This document shows positions 7,724 through 15,132 of a stretch of DNA of 50,885 nucleotides, in pieces (the first letter of the stretch is position 1; every line of letters begins with the position of its first letter). Position numbers and translations under genes: made by a program. The notes beneath the pieces are model-generated. The model had not been told where the DNA came from, searched no databases, and saw only the letters and a list, made by a program, of their open reading frames with translations. The stretch lies in the IMG/VR virus record IMGVR_UViG_3300009528_000004; one strand, given 5' to 3'. This DNA is from a virus.

Positions 7724-7852
7724 ATGAAGATTATTCTTATTTTAAGATTTTTCGTATGGGATTTTCCAAGATCTATCATAATGAAATGGATTGAAATTTG
7801 TGAGTGGGAAAAAGAAGTAACGAAACTTATGAAGCACATAAGGAGACATTAG
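7724..7852 (+). CDS. Small protein (42 aa), hydrophobic N-terminus
   Basis: ATG 1 nt after the upstream stop. Ends in '...RRH' with TAG overlapping the next GTG start. Confidence 0.4.
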   Translation: MKIILILRFFVWDFPRSIIMKWIEICEWEKEVTKLMKHIRRH

Positions 7853-7974
7853 TGCATATAGTACCCGGAATAACCATACTGGAGATAATCGGCTTAGTAT
7901 GCGGAGTAGTCGTTATCCTGATTCCCGCTGCTGTAGTCGCTATAATGCACATACTAGACGCTATTATTGAGTAA
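7852..7974 (+). CDS. Small transmembrane protein (40 aa)
   Basis: GTG start within 'AAGGAGACATTAGTG'. One long hydrophobic helix, 'ILEIIGLVCGVVVILIPAAVVAIM'. Confidence 0.45.
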   Translation: MHIVPGITILEIIGLVCGVVVILIPAAVVAIMHILDAIIE

Positions 7975-7987
7975 AGGGGAGAGATAA

Positions 7988-8173
7988 TTGCCTAAAAAGC
8001 GAGCTGTAGGAAAACGTGAAAAGATACGTAGAAGGAATAGACAGGAGTATGCTAGGATAAATAACTTACATTTCGAGCAACGACAGGAAAGGGAAGTAGG
8101 AGATGTATTTAATGATGATCTAACTTTACCACTAGCAGTAACAATGGCTTTACTTACAAGAAGGAGACATTAG
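7988..8173 (+). CDS. Hypothetical basic protein (61 aa)
   Basis: TTG start after 'aggggag'. Ends in '...RRRH' with the same TAGTG junction as 7850..7854. Confidence 0.45.
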   Translation: MPKKRAVGKREKIRRRNRQEYARINNLHFEQRQEREVGDVFNDDLTLPLAVTMALLTRRRH

Positions 8174-9474
8174 TGGAAATTAAGATGATGAAACTGTCGG
8201 ATATAAAACCTGCCCTGTATAATCCTAGAAAAAACTTAAAACCAGACGATCCTGAATATAAAAAATTAAAACGCAGTATGGAAGAGTTTGATTGCGTGGA
8301 GCCCCTTATTTGGAATAAGAGAAGCCGACAATTGGTGGGCGGCCACCAGCGGCTAAAAATACTCAAGGAAAAGGGGGTCAAGGAGTTCGAGGTGTCCGTG
8401 GTTGACTTGGACGAAAAAGGGGAAAGGGCTTTGAATGTAGCCCTCAATAAGATACAGGGTGACTGGGATTTTACTAAGCTAGCAGATTTAATGGTTGAGT
8501 TGGATGACGGGGAATTCGACCTAGAGCTAACAGGATTTGACCTTTCTGAGAGGGAAGAAATCGCTAACTGGGTTCCTGATGATGAGGAAATAATCCATAA
8601 AAAGCTGATTGACCAATTTATAGTGCCTCCCTTTAGTGTGCTAGATACTAGGCAGGGCTATTGGCAGGACAGAAAGAGGATGTGGAAAGACTTGATTGAG
8701 GATAGAGGCGAGAGCAGAAAAGAGGTATTGAGTGAACTTACTCCCCTTCGTCGATATAATCCTTCCCTTCATAATTTAGGTACAGCATCTATATTAGACC
8801 CAGTGCTATCTGAGGTGGTTCTGAGATGGTTTAATATGGAAAAGGGTACTGCTTTTGATCCCTTTGCAGGAGACACAGTGTTTGGTTTTGTGAGTGGCTA
8901 TTTGGGTTATAAATTCAAGGGGATTGAGCTAAGGAAGGAGCAGTGTGAGATAAATCAGGCCCGATGTGATGCCTATAAATTACCCGTAGAATATTTCTGT
9001 GATGACGGTCAAAAGGTATTAGATTACATTAAGCCAAAATCCCAAGATATGCTCTTCAGTTGCCCGCCGTTTTATGACCTTGAGGTATATTCTGACCTGC
9101 CCAATGATGCGAGTAATCAGGATACCTATAAGGACTTCCTAGTAATAATTGAGACGGCGCTTGGCAACTCTATTAAGGGCTTGAAAGATAACAGATTTGC
9201 AGTGATTGTATGCCAGGACATAAGGGACAAAAAGGGATTTTATAGGGGGTTCCCAAATCATATTAGGGACATTTTTGAGAAGAAAGGTATCAAGCTCTAT
9301 AATTGGATAATCTTAATAAATAGTATAGGCAGTGGGGCAGTAAGGGCTGCCAACTATATGCGAAACAGAAAGGTGGTATCGGTGCACCAAGATATTCTAG
9401 TCTTTTATAAGGGGAATCCCAGGGCAATAAAAAATGAGCTTAATACAGACAAGGCAATTTGTACTGACGGGTGA
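8173..9474 (+). CDS. ParB/sulfiredoxin-like N-terminal domain fused to an amino (N6-A/N4-C) DNA methyltransferase
   Basis: 'IKPALYNPRK...LVGGHQRLKIL' is ParB-like. Motif I 'FDPFAGDTVFG' and motif IV 'CPPFY' mark the MTase half. Confidence 0.8.
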   Translation: MEIKMMKLSDIKPALYNPRKNLKPDDPEYKKLKRSMEEFDCVEPLIWNKRSRQLVGGHQRLKILKEKGVKEFEVSVVDLDEKGERALNVALNKIQGDWDFTKLADLMVELDDGEFDLELTGFDLSEREEIANWVPDDEEIIHKKLIDQFIVPPFSVLDTRQGYWQDRKRMWKDLIEDRGESRKEVLSELTPLRRYNPSLHNLGTASILDPVLSEVVLRWFNMEKGTAFDPFAGDTVFGFVSGYLGYKFKGIELRKEQCEINQARCDAYKLPVEYFCDDGQKVLDYIKPKSQDMLFSCPPFYDLEVYSDLPNDASNQDTYKDFLVIIETALGNSIKGLKDNRFAVIVCQDIRDKKGFYRGFPNHIRDIFEKKGIKLYNWIILINSIGSGAVRAANYMRNRKVVSVHQDILVFYKGNPRAIKNELNTDKAICTDG

Positions 9475-9730
9475 TGTCAGCGTCAATAAGAGGGTATGGA
9501 ATAGCTTTTTAGAGGCAATACACAAGTCGGGAGCGACTATATTTGGCACGATCAAGCATGAATTCTATCCCCAGGGGATGACTGGTATTGTGGTTATCGG
9601 TGAGAGCCATGTGGCAATACATACCTGGCCTGAGCTAGGCAAGGCGTGGGTGGAGTTTGCGACCTGTGGGGACATTAAGCAGGCAGAGGTGTTTGAGAGA
9701 GAGCTTAGAAAACTAATAGAAAAGGGTTGA
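9434..9730 (+). CDS. speD: Pyruvoyl-dependent S-adenosylmethionine decarboxylase proenzyme-like protein (class 1, SpeD/SpeH type)
   Basis: 98 aa, colinear with Bacillus-type SpeD: 'KSGATI', 'FYPQGMTGIVVIGESHVAIHTWPE' (the E-S cleavage site) and 'TCGD'. Overlaps the upstream MTase by 41 nt. Confidence 0.75.
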   Translation: MSLIQTRQFVLTGDVSVNKRVWNSFLEAIHKSGATIFGTIKHEFYPQGMTGIVVIGESHVAIHTWPELGKAWVEFATCGDIKQAEVFERELRKLIEKG

Positions 9731-9790
9731 TAAAGCAATGAATATTGATGCAGGAACGCCTGGAGTACGGACAGGCAGATAAAGGTAAAA

Positions 9791-10564
9791 ATGGTAATGA
9801 TATATGAACCAAGAGGTAGGGCAAGGGAATATTCTCCCCTGGCCCTGAATATTTACAACAAGTGTGATCATAATTGCCGGTATTGTTATGTGCCGTTACT
9901 CCGAAGAGGAAGGAGGAATGGGCTATACGATGTCCGGCCCCGGCAATATATTTTGGAAATCTTGAGACGGGAGGCAAGAAGACATTCCTTCGGCAGCCAG
10001 GTTCTTTTATGTTTCAGTGGGGATCCTTATTGTATAGCCGATGAAAAATACAGGACTACCCGGGAGGTATTAAAGATCCTTCTGGAAAACAGTATCACCG
10101 TGGCAATCCTGACCAAAGGCGGGAAGAGATGTCTCAGAGATATTGATTTATTCAGGAAGTTCAAGGCTATCAAGGTCGGGGCAACATTAACATTCATTGA
10201 GGAAAAGGATAGTCTTTATTGGGAGAGGAAGGCCAGTCTCCCAGAGGAAAGGTTCAAGACGCTAGAAAGGCTAAAGGAAGAAGGCATTAAGACGTGGGTA
10301 AGTCTTGAGCCGGTTATAGATCCGGAGCAGACATTTAGGATAATAGACAGGACATATAAGTTCATTGATCAGTATAAAGTGGGAAAGCTGAATCACTATC
10401 CGAGCGAAATAGACTGGAAGGATTTCGGGACCCGAGTAATAGATAAACTGAACCACTATGGAAAGGAATTCTATATCAAGAGAGATCTAGCTCAGTATAT
10501 TTCACCTAGTGAGATGATGAAATCGCAGAGGGATATGGACTATTTTGCTCTCAGGGGAAAGTAA
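9791..10564 (+). CDS. Radical SAM enzyme, SplB/COG1533-like
   Basis: 'CDHNCRYCY' CxxxCxxC cluster near the N-terminus. 'FSGDPY', 'ILTKGG' and 'SLEPVIDP' blocks match the DNA-repair-photolyase-like layout. Confidence 0.75.
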   Translation: MVMIYEPRGRAREYSPLALNIYNKCDHNCRYCYVPLLRRGRRNGLYDVRPRQYILEILRREARRHSFGSQVLLCFSGDPYCIADEKYRTTREVLKILLENSITVAILTKGGKRCLRDIDLFRKFKAIKVGATLTFIEEKDSLYWERKASLPEERFKTLERLKEEGIKTWVSLEPVIDPEQTFRIIDRTYKFIDQYKVGKLNHYPSEIDWKDFGTRVIDKLNHYGKEFYIKRDLAQYISPSEMMKSQRDMDYFALRGK

Positions 10565-10566
10565 TT

Positions 10567-10947
10567 ATGGCAGACGAGAATTCAAGCAATTCAAGCCTTA
10601 AAAAAAAGAGGATTGAAAGCGTATTGGAATCATTAGGGGCCGGTGCGTCCTTTATCAAGGCGTGCAAGGCGGCTGACATAGACCAATCCACCTTTTGGCT
10701 ATGGCGCCAGGCTGATGCAGAATTAAACAAGAAAGTCCTGCAGGTGCTAGACGGCCGGACGCAGACAGTCGAGGATGCTTTGTATGTAGGTGCGTCTAAG
10801 GGTAATGTGATCGCTCAGATATTCTGGCTTAAAAATAGGGCTTCAGGACGTTGGAGAGATAGACAGGAGCAGGTAATTGACGGGGGCCTAGAAATAACAA
10901 TCAGGTATGCCGGTGAGAAGGACAGGCGCAAGAAGAAGAAAGAATGA
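10567..10947 (+). CDS. terS: Terminase small subunit
   Basis: HTH-like 'FIKACKAADIDQSTFWLWRQ' and 'IFWLKNRASGRWRD'. Lies directly upstream of terL and overlaps it. Confidence 0.75.
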   Translation: MADENSSNSSLKKKRIESVLESLGAGASFIKACKAADIDQSTFWLWRQADAELNKKVLQVLDGRTQTVEDALYVGASKGNVIAQIFWLKNRASGRWRDRQEQVIDGGLEITIRYAGEKDRRKKKKE

Positions 10948-12185
10948 AAAAACTAGAAGTAATACTAAATCCTAAGATTGGTAGATTCCTCATAGAGTCG
11001 AGGAAGAGGATTAACGTATTATATGGTGGCGCTGGGAGTGGTAAGAGCTATACGGTGGCCCAGCATCTCCTGATTAACAAACTCTACCAAGAGAAGGACA
11101 TCAGGATCCTAGTAGTAAGAAAGACCCTGCCCGCCCTGAGAATCACAGCCTACCAGTTGGTACTAGATTTACTTGAGGAATACGAGTTACCCTACCTACT
11201 AAACAAAACCGAGATGACTATTTTAGTCGGAAGAAATAGGATGCTCTTCAAAAGTCTGGATGATCCAGAGAAGATTAAGAGTTATGAGGGCAATTATGTC
11301 TGGATTGAAGAGGCGAGTGAGATCAGCCATAAGGATTTTATGCAGCTAAACCTCCGGCTGAGGAGACGTACTAATGGCAGGGGGTTTGGCAACCAAATGT
11401 TCCTCACCTTTAACCCGATAAATGAGTATCACTGGCTGAATGAGAAGCTAGTACAAGGGAATCGTAAGGATACGAAAATCAATCAGTCCACCTACCAAGA
11501 CAATATATTTCTTGATCAATCATATATAGATGAGCTAAACGCCTTAAAGGATGAGGATGAGATGTACTACCAGATTTATGCCCTGGGTGAGTGGGGAGTT
11601 CGCAAGAATGTTATTTATTCTAACTACGAAATTATTAAAGCTAAGGATTGGCCGGATAGCTTTGACGAGACAATTTATGGACTAGACTTTGGCTATAATA
11701 ACCCCTCAGCACTACTACAGATAGGTTTTAAGGATGAAATACCTAGTATAACGGAAAAACATACGGGTAAATATCTTTCAGTTTACGAAAGAGAGCTACT
11801 TTACAAGACCGGCCTGACTAACATGGATCTGATAAAAGAGCTTGAGAAGCTGATTAAGGTAAAGACTGATAATATCTACGCGGACTCAGCCGAGCCAGCC
11901 AGGATAGAAGAGATAGGAAGGTCAGGATTCAATATCTATGAATCTGATAAAGATGTTAAGATGGGCATTGATTACGTAAATAGGCAAAAGGTGAAGATAC
12001 ATGAGGATAGTGTAAATCATATCAGCGAGAAAAGAGGATATAAATGGAAGGAGGATAAGGACGGGCACGCGCTAGAGGAGCCGGTTAAGTTTAGAAATCA
12101 TCTTCAGGATACAGAGAGATACGCTCTTTATACGCATTTAGGAACGAAAAATAAGAGAAAAGGAAAAGTTTATGTAGCGGGGTGA
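10944..12185 (+). CDS. terL: Terminase large subunit (PBSX-type)
   Basis: Walker A 'YGGAGSGKS', Walker B 'YVWIEEA', C-terminal nuclease-type acidic blocks 'YGLDFG' and 'YADSAEP'. Confidence 0.9.
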   Translation: MKKLEVILNPKIGRFLIESRKRINVLYGGAGSGKSYTVAQHLLINKLYQEKDIRILVVRKTLPALRITAYQLVLDLLEEYELPYLLNKTEMTILVGRNRMLFKSLDDPEKIKSYEGNYVWIEEASEISHKDFMQLNLRLRRRTNGRGFGNQMFLTFNPINEYHWLNEKLVQGNRKDTKINQSTYQDNIFLDQSYIDELNALKDEDEMYYQIYALGEWGVRKNVIYSNYEIIKAKDWPDSFDETIYGLDFGYNNPSALLQIGFKDEIPSITEKHTGKYLSVYERELLYKTGLTNMDLIKELEKLIKVKTDNIYADSAEPARIEEIGRSGFNIYESDKDVKMGIDYVNRQKVKIHEDSVNHISEKRGYKWKEDKDGHALEEPVKFRNHLQDTERYALYTHLGTKNKRKGKVYVAG

Positions 12186-12191
12186 TAATGT

Positions 12192-13613
12192 ATGAGTACC
12201 AAAAAGGAAGTTAAGAAAGGCAAGGTTTATGTAGCAACCGACAGGGGCTTTGTCCTACCTTATTCTGAGCTGACAAAGCATGAGATCAAGAAATCCTCAA
12301 AGCAACTTAAAGAGGAAAAGGAATGGCTGACAGAATCAGGGTTAGCCACTCATCCGTATCCGCCTACATCATTCCTCATGCTTTACGAATCCAACTCGAT
12401 ATTTTGGGCTACTGTCAAACAGATCGCTACGGACGTAGCGGGGCTAGGTTGGAAATTACTACTGAAAGAGGGCCAGAAAGAGAATAAGACAGAGAAAAAG
12501 ATACTAGATGATTTCTTCAATAAGCCTAATCCGAGTTTATCTCTGAGGAAGATCTGCGAACGGGTGATCATTGACTGGGGAGTAATGGGCTATGCCGGGA
12601 TAGAGGTTACTAGAAACGGAGCTAATAAGGTTGACGGACTTCACCATGTACGGGCTCATACCCTCTGGGTCCATACTGGCAAAAAGAAGTTCTGTCAAAA
12701 GCGGGGAATGAAGAAGGTCTGGTTTAAGGAGTTCGGTTTGAAGGAAAACTTTCAACTAGAGACTGGCAAAGAGGGAAACTACGAAGAGAAGAACAGAGCT
12801 AACGAGCTGATATACCTGATAAACTACTATCCTCGTAACGATTACTACGGAGTACCTAATATCCTGCCCGCGATAGGATCTGTCATCGGGCTTTTAGGGA
12901 TCCGGGACTACAATCTCGCTTTCTTCACCAATTACGGAGTACCTGCCTATATGGTAGTTCTTGCCGGTGAGTGGGATGAGGATGCTGAGAAGATCATCAA
13001 GAAGCACCTGGATACAGAAGTTAAGGGTGGCAAGAATGCTCATAAGACTATGATACTCCAAGTTCCCGAGGGCGGATCAGCAACGTTCAAACCTCTCTCA
13101 GTAGATATTAAAGAAGGTAGCTTCCGAGTTTATCAGCAGGTCTTGAGAGAAGATATCCTTGCTGCCTACTCCATGCCTCCCTACCGAATCGGTATAAACA
13201 TAATAGGTAAGTTAGGAGGGACTAATATAAGGGAGTCTACGTTTATATATAACGAATCGGTTATAGAGCCCCTGCAGGAAGATCTTGAGGATATTTTCAA
13301 CAGCAGGATAATAGAAGAGGGCCTCGAGTGCCACTCCTATAGGTTCAAGTTCAATGATATGGACCTGAGGGACCGGGATGCTGAGGCTAAGAGAAACAAC
13401 GAAGCGATTGCGTACGGGAAGTTGACTCCGAATGAGGCTAGGAATCTTGAGGGCTTAGGCAAATCCTATACGGGAGGAGACAGATTCTACGTGGGTACGA
13501 ACCTGATCGAAATAGGCGAGGCTGATCTGGAGAAGAGGGACAAGGAGCAGATGAAATTCATAGCCAAGCAGAAGAAACTGAAGGAAGAAATTAAGAAGGT
13601 AAAAGGAGATTAA
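12192..13613 (+). CDS. Portal protein
   Basis: 473 aa directly after terL. 'YGVPNILPAIGSVIGLLGIRDYNLAFFTNYGVPAYMVVL' fits the portal core pattern. Confidence 0.85.
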   Translation: MSTKKEVKKGKVYVATDRGFVLPYSELTKHEIKKSSKQLKEEKEWLTESGLATHPYPPTSFLMLYESNSIFWATVKQIATDVAGLGWKLLLKEGQKENKTEKKILDDFFNKPNPSLSLRKICERVIIDWGVMGYAGIEVTRNGANKVDGLHHVRAHTLWVHTGKKKFCQKRGMKKVWFKEFGLKENFQLETGKEGNYEEKNRANELIYLINYYPRNDYYGVPNILPAIGSVIGLLGIRDYNLAFFTNYGVPAYMVVLAGEWDEDAEKIIKKHLDTEVKGGKNAHKTMILQVPEGGSATFKPLSVDIKEGSFRVYQQVLREDILAAYSMPPYRIGINIIGKLGGTNIRESTFIYNESVIEPLQEDLEDIFNSRIIEEGLECHSYRFKFNDMDLRDRDAEAKRNNEAIAYGKLTPNEARNLEGLGKSYTGGDRFYVGTNLIEIGEADLEKRDKEQMKFIAKQKKLKEEIKKVKGD

Positions 13614-13614
13614 G

Positions 13615-13764
13615 ATGTCAGTACCTGAAAGTAAGACCGGGAGCAAGTATGAGAAGCCTGTCTTTGAAAAGGAGTCTGAGCTCCGCTTTCCCAGAGAGGT
13701 AATTGAGGTATTTAACGGCGGGCGGATGTGTGTGCAGTGCTCATCCTGTCACGGCTGTCAGTGA
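13615..13764 (+). CDS. Small Cys-rich peptide (49 aa) ending 'FNGGRMCVQCSSCHGCQ'
   Basis: ATG 1 nt after the portal stop, with 'aaaggag' at 13602..13608. Below the ORF-track cutoff. Four Cys as CxxCxxCxxC at the C-terminus. Confidence 0.5.
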   Translation: MSVPESKTGSKYEKPVFEKESELRFPREVIEVFNGGRMCVQCSSCHGCQ

Positions 13765-13804
13765 AGCAACTAGGGATTGGATTAAAGGAAATTAAGGGAG
13801 AAGA

Positions 13805-14749
13805 ATGAATCTAACCTTAGAACAAGCTAATAAGGTTGACGATATTATTTCCGAGTTCTTTGAAAAAGTGGACCGCAAGGGTCGCATAGCCTCACGCCTG
13901 CGCCGAGCGATAGACAAGTCCGCAAAGTATCTCAGGCCCAAAGTCAACGAGTGGCTTGAGATTATGAGAAGCAGAATAATCCGGGACATGCTCAAGCGGT
14001 ATGTTAGAAAAACGGGGGGCCCCGGGAGCTATCGGGTGATATCGGATGGTGCGGAGCGAAAAGCTCTAGCCCCCCTCCAAAAAGACAGGGCCCTGGACAT
14101 AACCACTAAGCTAACCGACTGGAAATGGATCGAGCAGAGGGGAAATAGCATACTGAAGCCTGCTATTTTGACAGTTGTAGAAAATGGGGCTAATGAGGCA
14201 CTCATTATCGGGGGAATCGAAGCAAGATTTGATATTCTTAACCCTAAAAGCGTAGCCTGGGCACAGAAGCACTGCGCAACGCTAGTCAGGGAGGTAACTA
14301 ACGAGACAAGGAAGGGAATTAAGAACATCATCAGGCGGGGCATAAAGGAAGGATTTGCCATGCCGAAGATTGCCAGGAAGATAAGGCCGCTGGTGGGCCT
14401 GACCTCCCGACAGATGATGGCGGTGGCGAATCACGAAGAATGGCTGATAACTAACCGGCCCGAGCTTAGCGCAAAAGAGATCGAGAGGCGGATAGACGTA
14501 TACGCCAGGAGGAAGCACCGAAGGCGGGCTGATATGATTGCCAGAACCGAGTCAGCCTATGCGGTTGATGAGGGCACGCTCGAGGGATATGAGGAGGCTG
14601 AGGTTGAGATGGTAGAGTGGCTAACCTCACAAGCTGGTGCGTGTGATGATTGTATAGCTCAGAGCGGAAGAAAATTTAAGATAAAGGAAGCCCACGGGAT
14701 GCAGCCGGCTCATCCGATCTGCAGGTGCTGTTGGAGTCCAGTTATATGA
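13805..14749 (+). CDS. Head morphogenesis protein (Mu F / SPP1 gp7 family)
   Basis: 'ARTESAYAVDEGTLEGY' and C-terminal 'CDDCIAQSG...HPICRCC'. Confidence 0.85.
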   Translation: MNLTLEQANKVDDIISEFFEKVDRKGRIASRLRRAIDKSAKYLRPKVNEWLEIMRSRIIRDMLKRYVRKTGGPGSYRVISDGAERKALAPLQKDRALDITTKLTDWKWIEQRGNSILKPAILTVVENGANEALIIGGIEARFDILNPKSVAWAQKHCATLVREVTNETRKGIKNIIRRGIKEGFAMPKIARKIRPLVGLTSRQMMAVANHEEWLITNRPELSAKEIERRIDVYARRKHRRRADMIARTESAYAVDEGTLEGYEEAEVEMVEWLTSQAGACDDCIAQSGRKFKIKEAHGMQPAHPICRCCWSPVI

Positions 14750-15039
14750 AATGTAAGAAATGCGGTAGGTGCTGTGACCTGGTTACCCTAAAGGTAAAGA
14801 TTACACCTGCCTTGATACCCGATTCTGCGCCAAAGGGCTGGCTTCAGAAGCATTGGCATTTTGTCAAGAAGAAAGGCAAGAGTTATGGCTACTCCTGCGA
14901 TTTTTATGATAGAAAAACGCACTTATGCAGAATTCATAAAACTAAGCCTGCAGTATGTAGAAATTTTCCTTATCAGAAAGAACACCCTGACGATTATCAA
15001 AAATTCACACCAAAAGGATGTGGTTACAAATGCTTATAG
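14746..15039 (+). CDS. YkgJ-type cysteine-cluster (putative Zn/Fe-chelating) protein
   Basis: 'CKKCGRCC' plus the distal 'CRIHKTKPAVCRNFP'. Start taken at ATG 14746 (ATGA coupling). Confidence 0.65.
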   Translation: MKCKKCGRCCDLVTLKVKITPALIPDSAPKGWLQKHWHFVKKKGKSYGYSCDFYDRKTHLCRIHKTKPAVCRNFPYQKEHPDDYQKFTPKGCGYKCL

Positions 15040-15132
15040 AAGAAGTAACAGAAGAAAATGTTGAAAACCTTAAAGATGGTGAGCTCTGTGATCTGGCGTT
15101 AAGATGTGGGTTGATATGGCAAAAAATAGAGG

